Origin: a virus
DNA: 64,000 bases
Virus record (IMG/VR): IMGVR_UViG_3300028585_000019
Span: 1 to 64,000 of that record
Direction: 5' to 3' (one strand)
The notes beneath the pieces were generated by a model, which worked only from the letters and a program-made list of their open reading frames with translations, was not told the origin of the DNA and did not search any database. Each line of letters begins with the position of its first letter. Within the stretch, counting starts at the first letter, position 1. This document shows, piece by piece, positions 29,912-39,934 of this stretch. The position numbers and the translations under genes were made by a program.

Positions 29912-30049
29912 AGACTTATGGATAATATCAAAATCGATATCATGTATTCAGACGGGTACTGGAAGTTTAAATGCTGCAAAACCTCTGTCTGGTCGGATTG
30001 GTTTGAAATAAAGAAACAAAAACCCAGAATTTTACATTGAGGAATAAAT

Positions 30050-30280
30050 ATGGAAAACCAACATAAAATGATTAAAGGTTATCGTGATCTTTCTCAATCA
30101 GAAATTGATGGGATGAACTCAATCAAGTCTCTTGAAGTTGATACTGGAGCCCTGTTTAAACAAATTTCTGAAATTGAAGGCGTTGATCCCCGTTCTTTAG
30201 CACTAGCTAAAACTAAACTGCAAGAAGGTTTTATGTGGTTCGTCCGTGCTATTGCAAAACCTGCTGACCCATTTAATTAA
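30050..30280 (+). CDS. acb2: anti-CBASS protein Acb2 (Acb2/Tad1 sponge family)
   Basis: MENQHKMIKGYRDLSQSEID.MN.IK ... LA.AKT.LQ.GFMW.VRAIA.P. Confidence 0.9.
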   Translation: MENQHKMIKGYRDLSQSEIDGMNSIKSLEVDTGALFKQISEIEGVDPRSLALAKTKLQEGFMWFVRAIAKPADPFN

Positions 30281-30293
30281 TAAGGAATAAATA

Positions 30294-30821
30294 ATGAAAT
30301 ATGAAATCTTGCTGACCAGCAAAGATATGTTTGGTCAAGACGTAGTTGATAACCTGCTGGAACTTGGTAAGCTTGGTGCTGTAAAGAAAGAAGGCACTTT
30401 CGCTCATATGAAGTTTCCTTACACTGTGTATCTTGAAGTAGAAGCTGATGAGCCTCCTATGCCTTCTGCTCAAATCCGTGTATTCGATCATAAGAAGAAA
30501 GAAGTGTTTGCTAAAGCTTTGGAAGAACAGCGTAAAGAAAAAGAGAAGGCTGAAAAGAAAGAGGCTAAGAAAGCAGAGAGTTCCACCCAAGCTGCTTCTA
30601 ATTTCTCTGTAGAGCAAGAAGATAAAGATGATGAGGATGAAGGCGAAGCTGATAATTCTCTGGCTACCAATGATCAAGGTGAACCCTGGACTAAAGAGCA
30701 GCTTGAGGATCTTGATTGGAACACCTTTAAAAAGGCACTTAAGCAGTCCCAAGGTATTACTGGGCGGAATCGTCCACAGATGTTGAAGCAGTATCTGGAT
30801 AAAGTAGCTGAAAGTCAATAA
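30294..30821 (+). CDS. hypothetical protein with charged linker and C-terminal HeH-like helical domain
   Basis: AAGGA RBS; WTKEQLEDLDWNTFKK...GITGRNR..M. Confidence 0.7.
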   Translation: MKYEILLTSKDMFGQDVVDNLLELGKLGAVKKEGTFAHMKFPYTVYLEVEADEPPMPSAQIRVFDHKKKEVFAKALEEQRKEKEKAEKKEAKKAESSTQAASNFSVEQEDKDDEDEGEADNSLATNDQGEPWTKEQLEDLDWNTFKKALKQSQGITGRNRPQMLKQYLDKVAESQ

Positions 30822-30847
30822 ATTTAAGGCTTTTAAGTTATAAAGGC

Positions 30848-31025
30848 TTGACAAGGCAGTTATTATTTAGTATACTATGAAATGTATAGAGAGAATTTAT
30901 TGAGGATTTAGTTCTTATGAATTCTCTTTAAAACTTTATGTGGATGACACGGGATTGCAAGCCCTTCTTGTTGCTTACTCAGCAAGATAGTCCACACCTA
31001 TTCCACCTAGTAAGAGGTAAAATTA
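30848..31025 (+). promoter_or_regulatory. promoter plus structured 5' leader with kissing loop over the RBS
   Basis: TTGACA...TATACT; 3-way junction 30939-30996; loop CTTACT complementary to loop AGTAAG of the RBS hairpin. Confidence 0.55.
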
Positions 31026-32426
31026 ATGAATATTAGTATCGGAGATGTATTTTCACGTCTCACAGTTATTGAAAAAGCCGAGGACAAGACTTCTCCTGGC
31101 GGAAGGGTTCGTAAGTACTGGTTGTGTAAATGTTCGTGCGACAGAAATAAAACTCTCGAAGTCCGATCTGATAGCCTTACAGGTGAACGAGTCAGAAGTT
31201 GTGGGTGTCTCAGAGATGAGACGGCTCGTAAGATGCGGACTGGTCAGCCACCAAAAACTGTTAGACCTTTGCCTAGCCTTGCTGGTAATGTCTATGGTTT
31301 GCTTACTGTTGTAAAGCAAGCTGAACCTACTGAAACTCCTAAAGGGAGGAAGATGCCTAGGTGGGAATGCTCCTGTGAATGTGGAGAGACTGCTATTCTT
31401 TATCATGAACGACTTCGTAATAAAGAATACGTTTCTTGTGGGTGTGTCTCTAAAAAATCATATGATGCTGGATTCAAAAGTGCAACAGAGGGGTTTATTA
31501 GTAAAGCTAAAGAAGTTCATGGTGACAAATATGACTACTCTCTCACTTGCTTTGAGAGTTCTCGAAAACATGTAACTATTTTGTGTAAGACTCATGGAGA
31601 GTTTAAACAAATTTCTGCTAATCATCTAACAGGAAACGGTTGTCCGCGTTGTGGAGTTGAAAGTAGGGCTGATACCCTTGAAACTTTTATAGTAAAATCT
31701 GAGATTCTACATTCTAATGTGTATGACTACTCTAAAGTGGATTTCATCAGTCCTACAGAACCTGTTACTATTACATGCAAAGTACATGGAGATTTTGAGC
31801 AAAGACCTAAGACTCATTTAGGCGGTTTGGGTTGTCCTTTATGTAGCAGAGAGTCCGTTCTTAGTAATAGAGAAGAAGAATTTATTCGCCGTTCTATAGA
31901 GAAACATGGTGATAGGTATGATTACTCAGAAGTTGTCTATGAGGACGTACGTATCCATGTGAAAGTTGGATGTCCTTCTCACGGCACATTTCTACAAAGG
32001 CCTGATATTCACATGTTAGGTAGTAAATGTCCGAAATGTTCTTCTGAGGAGAGGGCTGCAAAACAACATTGGGATTATCTGGAACGCTGCAAACTAGATC
32101 CTAAGCTTGCAAATTCGCCCGCTGTTCTGTACTTATTAAAACTTAATGACAACTTTGAATGTTTTCTTAAAGTTGGAATAAGTTCCTCTTTTAAAAGAAG
32201 GTTGTCTCACTACAAGGAAGAGGGGTTAGACTTTGAAGTTCTAGAAGTTGTTAATACTACAGCAATTCAGGCCGCATTGCTTGAAAGGGAAACTCTGAAG
32301 TATATTAGAGAATCTAGTATTAGATATATCCCTAACAAAATATTTGCAGGTTGGACAGAGTGTGCAACTCTAGAAAGTAAAGATCAACTTCTAGAAATTT
32401 TTAAGGAGCTTAGTAATAATGTCTGA
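31026..32426 (+). CDS. homing endonuclease with Zn-ribbon repeats (DUF723/CapR-like) and C-terminal GIY-YIG-like domain
   Basis: three HGDKYDYS..C..HG.F.Q....H..G..CP.C repeats, WLCKCSC/SCGC, LYLL...LKVGIS...RRL. Confidence 0.8.
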   Translation: MNISIGDVFSRLTVIEKAEDKTSPGGRVRKYWLCKCSCDRNKTLEVRSDSLTGERVRSCGCLRDETARKMRTGQPPKTVRPLPSLAGNVYGLLTVVKQAEPTETPKGRKMPRWECSCECGETAILYHERLRNKEYVSCGCVSKKSYDAGFKSATEGFISKAKEVHGDKYDYSLTCFESSRKHVTILCKTHGEFKQISANHLTGNGCPRCGVESRADTLETFIVKSEILHSNVYDYSKVDFISPTEPVTITCKVHGDFEQRPKTHLGGLGCPLCSRESVLSNREEEFIRRSIEKHGDRYDYSEVVYEDVRIHVKVGCPSHGTFLQRPDIHMLGSKCPKCSSEERAAKQHWDYLERCKLDPKLANSPAVLYLLKLNDNFECFLKVGISSSFKRRLSHYKEEGLDFEVLEVVNTTAIQAALLERETLKYIRESSIRYIPNKIFAGWTECATLESKDQLLEIFKELSNNV

Positions 32427-33930
32427 AAAGCCGATTGTGGCCCCCCAGTCGGCCTTCCAAAGAGACGTCCTCGTTAGCGACTCCCGCATTATCGTTGCTG
32501 GTGGAGCTGCCGGCTGCGCAAAAAGCACCATCGGAATTATGAGACACTTGAGGTGGATGAATGACCCTCTTTATAGAGGGTTTTGCATTCGTAAGAACTC
32601 TACTGCTATTATGAAAAGTGGCGGTCTTTTCGATGCTGCTGTTCACCTCTATTCTCAAGTAGATGATATTAAGATTAAACTAAAAGATCAGCGCATACAG
32701 TTTAGTTCAGGAGCTTCAGTTTCATTCTCCCATTATGAGAATGATAAGGCTGGACAGTTATACCATGGCTTGGAGTTGAGTAACGTCTTTTATGACGAAG
32801 CCTCTCATGCCGCTGAATCTCATATTTGGTGGCTAATCTCCCGTCTTCGTACAAAAGCTAAGATGGATCCCTCGATCTGGCTCTCATGTAACCCTGATCC
32901 AGACAGCTTTTTGTTTGAGTGGGTCAAATGGTGGCTCTACGACGAAACTAGTCCTAATTACGGCCTCCCTGACCCAGAAAAGAACGGCAAGGTTCGGTGG
33001 ATTTTGCGAAGAGATGGCGTAATATTTTGGGGAGATTCTAAAGAAGAGATGATTGTCAAGTACGGCAAACCAAATCTTCCACCTGACCACCCTCAGCAAG
33101 TCAAACCGCTCAGTTTTCAAGTCATCCTTGGTACAATTTATGATAATCCTTGGTTAATCGAAAATCAACCAGAATATCTTGCCTCGCTTGAAGCAATGCC
33201 AGACGTAGAGAGGCGTCGCCTCCTTTTAGGAGATTGGACAGCACGCGAGACTGGCAGCACATTCTTTCAGAGAGAGTGGTGTAAAGAAGAGATTGAGGAG
33301 CCACCAGCTTGCGAAATTGTGAGAACAGTTAGAGCTTATGACTTTGCTGGTACTTTGAAGTCAGCTTCAAACCCTTCGCCAGACTATACAGCATGTGCAA
33401 AGCTTAGTAAATTGAAAAATGGAAACTACTTTGTTCATGAAGTGTTGAAAACCCGTATCCTCCCCGGAGACTGGGAAAAGTTCATACTTGAGAACGCGCT
33501 AAGAGATGGTTACGGAACTGAAATCATTGTCCCTTTAGATCCAGGTGCATCAGCCAAATTAGCTACAGGTCTGTTGACAAGGGCTCTTTCTGAGTGTGGT
33601 TATAGAGTTAGAACACTTCGGGCTTCTGGTAGTAAATTAGATCGGTTCCGTCCTTTCTCGTCTCTTGCAATGAATGGACACGTCACATTCTTAAAAGGAT
33701 GTGGTACTGATATAGAGAACAATATCCAATGCGACAACAACTTTGTTTATAAAGAGTTAGAAGCTTTTACAGGCAAAAGAAAGGCAGGTGAGTCATCTCA
33801 CGATGATATCCCGGATTGCTGTTCTGATGCAATTTCTACACTAGCTTCTCGCATCAACATCCCAAATATGTCTAGTGGCTTAACAGCCGTTAACATGCAA
33901 AATAAAACACCTTTTGATAAAGCTCGTTGA
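32419..33930 (+). CDS. terL: terminase large subunit
   Basis: GGAAGCAKS Walker A, VFYDEA Walker B, SCNPD, DNP.L, LL.GDW, RAYDFA, HDDIPD. Confidence 0.95.
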   Translation: MSEKPIVAPQSAFQRDVLVSDSRIIVAGGAAGCAKSTIGIMRHLRWMNDPLYRGFCIRKNSTAIMKSGGLFDAAVHLYSQVDDIKIKLKDQRIQFSSGASVSFSHYENDKAGQLYHGLELSNVFYDEASHAAESHIWWLISRLRTKAKMDPSIWLSCNPDPDSFLFEWVKWWLYDETSPNYGLPDPEKNGKVRWILRRDGVIFWGDSKEEMIVKYGKPNLPPDHPQQVKPLSFQVILGTIYDNPWLIENQPEYLASLEAMPDVERRRLLLGDWTARETGSTFFQREWCKEEIEEPPACEIVRTVRAYDFAGTLKSASNPSPDYTACAKLSKLKNGNYFVHEVLKTRILPGDWEKFILENALRDGYGTEIIVPLDPGASAKLATGLLTRALSECGYRVRTLRASGSKLDRFRPFSSLAMNGHVTFLKGCGTDIENNIQCDNNFVYKELEAFTGKRKAGESSHDDIPDCCSDAISTLASRINIPNMSSGLTAVNMQNKTPFDKAR

Positions 33931-33958
33931 GGGCTTTTTAATCCTTTAAGGAGTATAT

Positions 33959-35473
33959 ATGGCAGAAGGAGATGTTACATCGCCAACCCTCTCCTTAGAG
34001 AAAGGTGATGAAAAAGCACCACCAATTGTTTACGGAGCTACAGGATATACAGGCTTGGTAACTCTTGGTGGTCGTGTTTTTGATGAGTGTGCCAAAGAGC
34101 TTTTGTGGCCCAGGGCATATCACACGTACAAGAAGATGGCCCTTCACCAAGCTATTGCTCCTGCACTTAGATACGTTGAAGAGAAGGTTGCCGGAGCGGA
34201 GTGGACTGTAAAGATTCCAAAAGGGTCTGCACGCCCAAATGCAAAAGCCGAGGCAGTCTTCCTAAATCAAGTTATGAGTGATATGGAGCACAGCTGGAAA
34301 TCAGCAATTAAAGATGCTGCCAGCATGAACCACTATGGATTCTCACTTCTTGAAATTGTTCCTCGTTTCCGTAATAAAAAGTACGGTAGTAAATATGATG
34401 ATGGTCTTGTAGGTCTTGAAGCGCTACAGGTTCGTAGTCAGGGCAGTGTAGATCGGTTTGAATGGTACGACAAAGGCCGAACCTTAGCTGGTTTTTATCA
34501 GAAAGCTATTTATCCCACGGATACACAAAATGCATTAACTTTTGAAGGTCTCGCTCCCCTTGCCACACAGCAATTAGATGTTAAGTGGATTCCTCGCAAA
34601 AAGTTTATTTTGTGTCGCCTGAACCCTGAGAATAGTAACCCTTATGGCACATCACCATTACAGGGAGTGTGGTCGGCGTGGAAGCTTCTAGAGGCATTTC
34701 AAGAGTCGGAGATTATTGGCACAGCTCAAGACAACAACGCATTTAAGATTCTTTACCTCCCTCCTGAGTATCTTGTAGAAGATGCTGACGAAGATCGTAA
34801 GAAATCCTTCCAGATGTATCAGAAGATGATGGAACGCGCCCACCAAGCAAAACAAAGTGGCTTCATTCTTCCAATGCTTGTTGACCAAGATGGCAACAAG
34901 ATGTTTGATTTTGAAATCAAAAATATCTCTGGTACCAAGTCTTATGACGTTGAAGCAATTATCCAACGCCTCACTCGTGAAATTCAAGTTGGTTTGTTCT
35001 CTGACGTTCTTAGTATGGGCGGAAATGGAGGATCTTACAGTCTCTCTGATAACAAGATGCTTCAAATTGAAGTAGCGGTTAAGAGTGTTCTTAATGAAAT
35101 AAAAGATCAGTTTAACCACCAACTAGTCAAAACACTATTTCAACAAAATGGATGGTCACTTGATGGTGACTTGCCTTACTTTGATTATGAACTTCCAAAC
35201 TCTGAAACACTTGCAGATAAGGGATCTTTTATCCAGCGCGTTGCTGCTGTCGGTATGCTACCCGTAGTACCCCAGACAGTTAACTTTGTTCTTAAAGCTC
35301 TAGGTGTAGATTACCAAGTCCCGGACGATATGCCCACAGAGGAGCTTAGACGCATCATGTCAAACTTCACGAGTGAGGCCTCTGGTGGAATGGAATCGGG
35401 GTTACCCTCATCCAATGGTAGTGGAACTGGTGAATCTGGTGACGCCTCTATTGCAAACACAGCAAATACATAA
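33959..35473 (+). CDS. portal protein
   Basis: position after TerL, YGFS..E, NPYG.SPL, 504 aa. Confidence 0.85.
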   Translation: MAEGDVTSPTLSLEKGDEKAPPIVYGATGYTGLVTLGGRVFDECAKELLWPRAYHTYKKMALHQAIAPALRYVEEKVAGAEWTVKIPKGSARPNAKAEAVFLNQVMSDMEHSWKSAIKDAASMNHYGFSLLEIVPRFRNKKYGSKYDDGLVGLEALQVRSQGSVDRFEWYDKGRTLAGFYQKAIYPTDTQNALTFEGLAPLATQQLDVKWIPRKKFILCRLNPENSNPYGTSPLQGVWSAWKLLEAFQESEIIGTAQDNNAFKILYLPPEYLVEDADEDRKKSFQMYQKMMERAHQAKQSGFILPMLVDQDGNKMFDFEIKNISGTKSYDVEAIIQRLTREIQVGLFSDVLSMGGNGGSYSLSDNKMLQIEVAVKSVLNEIKDQFNHQLVKTLFQQNGWSLDGDLPYFDYELPNSETLADKGSFIQRVAAVGMLPVVPQTVNFVLKALGVDYQVPDDMPTEELRRIMSNFTSEASGGMESGLPSSNGSGTGESGDASIANTANT

Positions 35474-35485
35474 GGAGACTCCTTT

Positions 35486-36928
35486 ATGGCAAAACATTCT
35501 CTTGTGAGATTGAAGGGGTCTCTTGTAAATACCCCACACTTAATTGAACCAAATAGCTTTGGTAGTATTATGGAATACGTTAATAAGCGTATTGAAGGTA
35601 ATGCTGATGTAGTTCCTAAAGCTATTGAACAGGATGATGAAGATGATCTTGTTCAAGAACGTATTTCCCACGGGTACAACCCAGATACGAAAACTGGCAT
35701 CCTTTATATTGATGGCCCCCTGACCTACAAGACCACTGGTTGGGAAGCACTTTGTGGCGGTACAAGCTATGAGATGCTTAAAGAGCAGATGGAAGCTTAT
35801 GTGTCGTATGGTGCTAAAACAGTTGCAATGATTTGCTCATCTGGTGGCGGTGAAGCTCACGGAATGATGGACAGTGCAAACTATGTTCGTAAACTTGCAG
35901 ACGAAAATGGGATTAATCTTGTTTGTTATGTAGACGGTATGTCAGCTTCGGCTAGTTATGGTTGGTCTGTAGTTGCAGATGAAATCTATATGTCTGAAGA
36001 CTCGCAAGTAGGCAGTGTTGGTGTCCTTATCCAGTTGATTAACAATTCTAAAAATCTGGAAATGAACGGATTTGAAAGGTTGTTTATTCACGCAGGAGAG
36101 GAAAAGATTCCTTTTGATAAAGAGGGTAACTTTGCTGAACACTTCCTTGACCGACTACAAGAGCAAGTGGACATGCTTTACGAAGGTTTTACTACTCATG
36201 TTGCTGAACACCGTAATATGACAGTTCAAGCTGTTAAAGACACCAAAGCAAACGTATTTCTCTCGCAAGAAGCTATCCAACTTGGGTTAGCCGATGGTGT
36301 GATGACTGCTGAGGAATTTTATGAATATTTGGCTGATGTAGCCCAGAAAAACCTAGAGGTGAATGTTATGGGCGACCAGTCCAAAAATCGTGCATTTAAA
36401 TTTTTCAACAAAGAGGATAAAGCTGAGATGTCCCAACTTAAAGAACTGCAAGCCCTTGCTGAAACGCAAGAAGCTCTGCTGCAAGACAAGGAAGCTGCTC
36501 TGATTGCCTCCCTTGAACAAGTAAACACTCTGCAAGCTTCTGTAGGTGAACTTACCAGCAAACTGGAATCTCTGCAAGCCTTTGCAGAAGAACATAAAGC
36601 TGCTGCTGAGCTTGCTAAAGCTGAAGCACAACGTGTAGCTGAAGAAGCTGCTCAAGCTAAGGTTGATCAACGCATGGCTTCTCTGAAGGATGTGTTGGCA
36701 GAAGATCAAGTAGAAGCAACTTACGCTGCTCTGTCCTCTCTGGATGATGCTTCGTTCTCCGTTATCGTTTCTCAATACGCTGCTACCAAACAAGCTCGGG
36801 CTGAAGCCTTTAAAGCTATTGGTGGTGAGGGTGTTGAACAAGAATCACTTGTCGCTGAGCACGACAGTGTGGATGCCATCCGTCAGGCTGGTGTAGCTCA
36901 TGCTCGTCAACGTTTTACTAACAAGTAA
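35486..36928 (+). CDS. S49 prohead protease with C-terminal scaffold
   Basis: SSGGGEA, SASASY, VGSVGV, GLADG; Ala/Glu-rich coiled-coil tail. Confidence 0.9.
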   Translation: MAKHSLVRLKGSLVNTPHLIEPNSFGSIMEYVNKRIEGNADVVPKAIEQDDEDDLVQERISHGYNPDTKTGILYIDGPLTYKTTGWEALCGGTSYEMLKEQMEAYVSYGAKTVAMICSSGGGEAHGMMDSANYVRKLADENGINLVCYVDGMSASASYGWSVVADEIYMSEDSQVGSVGVLIQLINNSKNLEMNGFERLFIHAGEEKIPFDKEGNFAEHFLDRLQEQVDMLYEGFTTHVAEHRNMTVQAVKDTKANVFLSQEAIQLGLADGVMTAEEFYEYLADVAQKNLEVNVMGDQSKNRAFKFFNKEDKAEMSQLKELQALAETQEALLQDKEAALIASLEQVNTLQASVGELTSKLESLQAFAEEHKAAAELAKAEAQRVAEEAAQAKVDQRMASLKDVLAEDQVEATYAALSSLDDASFSVIVSQYAATKQARAEAFKAIGGEGVEQESLVAEHDSVDAIRQAGVAHARQRFTNK

Positions 36929-36974
36929 TAGCGTTTTACAAATCAAAATAAATAAGTAAAGAGGAACCTGACTA

Positions 36975-37424
36975 ATGGCTTTCACCAATATTACTCTCCA
37001 GAAGCGTGCTTCTGATCTGGTAGTTGCTCATGAAGATCACAACTTCAGCAACGAAGATGCAAACATTACCCCGCCGGCTGCCAGTGCTGCTATCCCTTTT
37101 GGCACTGTAGTTTTCCGTGCTAAGGGTTTGGCTAAAGATGCTCCTTGGGCTGCTGTCACTGCCGCTGCCGCTCTTGTCCCTGACAATGAGTTCGGTGTTG
37201 TCTTCGGTAACCACTACGGCTTTGCTGCTGACTTCGTTCCGCGTGCAATCGTAGCTGACCGTTACAATGCAATCATCGTTAAGCGTGCAGTAGCTGGTGT
37301 TAAAGAATACTACCTCAAGCAAGTACACGGCACTCAACTTGGTGATGACTTCTCTGTCCTCAAAGAGTTGCTGGGCAATCAGGGCGTAGTTGTTCTGGAT
37401 GATGTTTCTGACCTTACCGTATAA
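36975..37424 (+). CDS. head decoration protein
   Basis: position between protease and MCP; Ala-rich, highly expressed codon usage. Confidence 0.7.
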   Translation: MAFTNITLQKRASDLVVAHEDHNFSNEDANITPPAASAAIPFGTVVFRAKGLAKDAPWAAVTAAAALVPDNEFGVVFGNHYGFAADFVPRAIVADRYNAIIVKRAVAGVKEYYLKQVHGTQLGDDFSVLKELLGNQGVVVLDDVSDLTV

Positions 37425-37490
37425 GAATCAGACAATCAATAACGAGGGTGTAAAAGCCCTCAATACAAATTTAAAGAAGGATTGAGAATA

Positions 37491-38588
37491 ATGGCACTAA
37501 TTATTGACAAGAATATTGATCGTCTGAGCCAAGGCAAATACGTTGAACTTACCGACATTCTGGTAGAGATTCCACGTAACCAAGGCATCTTCGATCAACT
37601 GGCTGTGTTTGAAGATGTATACGTTACTCAAAAGAAAATTGAGATTCAACGTTCCACGTATGCAAACCATCTGGTAAAAGATAAGAACTGGGAAGCTAAG
37701 CCTGATACTCTGGTAAGCCGTCCAGTACAAGGTTTCATCCAAGCTTCTATCCCTAACATGCAACTGCTCGATGCTATCAAGCCTCAAGACATTGATGGTG
37801 TTGCTAAAGTTGATACCATCCTTGAGGCTGCTGGCCTTGAAGAAGTGATGGACGTTCGTGTAGAGAAACTGGCTGCTCTGAATGGTGCATTTGATGACAC
37901 ACACGAAGCTGCCCGTATGCAACTGCTGAAGTTTGGTACTGTCTATGCTCCTAGTGGCACTCTGGCTACTAGCTACGGCGATACCATTGACTTCTACGAA
38001 GAAATGGGTGTTACTCGTCAGACCTTCGAAATCCCACTGACTGGCGCTAACGATCCTCGTGTTGCTGTATCGAACATTGTTAAAGCAATGAAGCTGGCTC
38101 TGCGTACTGCCCCTACTCGTGGTGGTTATCGTGAACTGGTAATTCTGGCTGGTACTAACCTGTTCAACGCAGTTATCACCAACCCGTTCGTTACTGAAGT
38201 CACCAAATACTACAACCAAGATCTGAGCCGTCTCCTGACTGGTACTGCTCAGCAAGCTCAAGGTTATGACACCTTTTTCCAAGAAGTTGTTGTCTGGGGT
38301 ATCCGTTTCATCGACGTAGGCGCTGGTGGCTACACTTCGCCGGATGGCACTTTCACTCAGTGGATTGATGATGATGCTGGTATCGCCCTGCCTACCGGTG
38401 TTCGTGGTATGTTCAAGACCTACTACGCTCCTGCTAACAAGTTTAGCTCGGTCAACAAGCGGGCCGCTGGTCGTTACTACTGGGAACGTCTGAACGACGA
38501 AGACGATCTGATCCAAATGAAAGTTGAATCCAACTTCATGAACGGTCTTCTGTATCCTCAAGCTGTATTTGATATTACTTTCTCGTAA
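37491..38588 (+). CDS. major capsid protein (lambda E-like family)
   Basis: synteny, 365 aa, F.TYYAPA...VN, ESN......P.A; terminator at about 38601-38628. Confidence 0.9.
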   Translation: MALIIDKNIDRLSQGKYVELTDILVEIPRNQGIFDQLAVFEDVYVTQKKIEIQRSTYANHLVKDKNWEAKPDTLVSRPVQGFIQASIPNMQLLDAIKPQDIDGVAKVDTILEAAGLEEVMDVRVEKLAALNGAFDDTHEAARMQLLKFGTVYAPSGTLATSYGDTIDFYEEMGVTRQTFEIPLTGANDPRVAVSNIVKAMKLALRTAPTRGGYRELVILAGTNLFNAVITNPFVTEVTKYYNQDLSRLLTGTAQQAQGYDTFFQEVVVWGIRFIDVGAGGYTSPDGTFTQWIDDDAGIALPTGVRGMFKTYYAPANKFSSVNKRAAGRYYWERLNDEDDLIQMKVESNFMNGLLYPQAVFDITFS

Positions 38589-38639
38589 GAGAGCACATAT
38601 GGGCGGCTTCATCGCCGCCCTTTGTTTTGGAGACAATAT

Positions 38640-39068
38640 ATGACCGATGAAGAAAAGATTGCTCTCCTAGCCCTCATGCTTGGTGATATCCCCGGTGGTC
38701 CTTACTACCCTATGTTCACTGAAGAACAATACCTTCAGTTTCTAAAGTTAGGTCGTGGTGATGTAAACCGTGCTGCTGTTTATGCTGCTATTAGTGCTGG
38801 TTACTTTGTTGGAAGTGAGTCTTCTCGTGAAGTGATTGGTGAGCTACAGATTAGTAATGCAACTGGTGGTAACTATCTAAAGCTTCTTGACTACCTTATC
38901 AGTAACGTTGGTCGTGTACCTCCTGCTGGCTTGATGCCTTGGTTTGCTGGATCTGACGGTTGTAATCGTAACAAGCTCCTTGATTATTCTGTTTGTGATG
39001 TTGTCAATTATGAGACATTTCAAAACGTATGGAATAAGACAGGTAGCGGTTGTTGCTCAAGTTGCTAA
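38640..39068 (+). CDS. putative head-tail adaptor
   Basis: synteny; L.LGD....YP.F..E.Y, RE.IG.L. Confidence 0.6.
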   Translation: MTDEEKIALLALMLGDIPGGPYYPMFTEEQYLQFLKLGRGDVNRAAVYAAISAGYFVGSESSREVIGELQISNATGGNYLKLLDYLISNVGRVPPAGLMPWFAGSDGCNRNKLLDYSVCDVVNYETFQNVWNKTGSGCCSSC

Positions 39069-39080
39069 GGGGGGTTTGAT

Positions 39081-39470
39081 ATGTCTTCAATGCACCCTAG
39101 AATGAGAGCAATGGTTATACGCAATCTTGGTTTAGCTCCTAGAGGACAGGGAAGCGTAGTTACGCTGCGACAAGTAGTGGATGGAGTATTTAATCCAGCT
39201 ACAGGTGAGATTGATCAGATTGTAACGGAATACTCAGGAAGTGGTGTTAGGGTTAATTACTCAGAATACACACACAGAAACTTCGATATCCCCTACAGTG
39301 ATTATCAAATCTATCTATCCCCTATTCAAGCTGATGGGGAAGAAATGCCAACCCCTCAAATCGACGACACATTAGTGTTTCTTGGTAACGAGGTAAAGGT
39401 GGTAGAGCTTCACCCTTTCAATGAGAATGGCTTTGGTTGTGGTTGGAAGATAAGGGTTAGGACAAGTTAA
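39081..39470 (+). CDS. head-closure / head-tail joining protein
   Basis: synteny; G.FNP.TG, P.IDD. Confidence 0.6.
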   Translation: MSSMHPRMRAMVIRNLGLAPRGQGSVVTLRQVVDGVFNPATGEIDQIVTEYSGSGVRVNYSEYTHRNFDIPYSDYQIYLSPIQADGEEMPTPQIDDTLVFLGNEVKVVELHPFNENGFGCGWKIRVRTS

Positions 39471-39907
39471 TGACTGACTTCTCTGATGTTATGAATGAAT
39501 GGATTGATTCTGTTGAAATTAAAATGGATGACATCTTTCAGACAGTGGTTATCAAAGTTGGTGAGCATGTTGTCCAGCTATCTCCTGTTGATACAGGCTT
39601 GTTTAGAGGTAACTGGCAACTAACGATTGATGAAGAACAATCGTCTGAGCTTACACGTCTTGATCCATCTGGTAATGCTGCTATCTCATCTATTGCTGCT
39701 AAAGCTAATAATTTGACAGCAGGGCAAGTAGCTTACATCTTAAACCATCTTGAATACGGATATGACCTTGAATATGGTACATACTTTGGCCCAACAGCTA
39801 AAGTAACAGAGGAAGGGTTTAGTAGACAAGCTCCAGAAGGTATGGTGAGGATTACAGAAGCTGAGTTTATCCCGATTGTTGAACAGGCAGTCCGCCTTAA
39901 TATTTAA
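39470..39907 (+). CDS. HK97 gp10-like tail completion protein
   Basis: SPVDTG.FRGNW, N.LEY..LEYG, S.QAP.GMV. Confidence 0.8.
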   Translation: MTDFSDVMNEWIDSVEIKMDDIFQTVVIKVGEHVVQLSPVDTGLFRGNWQLTIDEEQSSELTRLDPSGNAAISSIAAKANNLTAGQVAYILNHLEYGYDLEYGTYFGPTAKVTEEGFSRQAPEGMVRITEAEFIPIVEQAVRLNI

Positions 39908-39934
39908 AGGAGGCTATCCTCCCTAGGAGAATAG

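Noticed and set aside
32419-33930. Intein in TerL (Cys in Walker A, GGAAGCAKS)
   Set aside because: The protein is normal length with contiguous motifs and no splicing or LAGLIDADG blocks.
37497-38636. 379-aa antisense ORF over the major capsid gene (similar ones at 40358-41005, 44096-45163, 36353-36841, 30273-30854)
   Set aside because: These mirror strongly biased sense genes that avoid TTA/CTA/TCA codons; they have no RBS or motifs.
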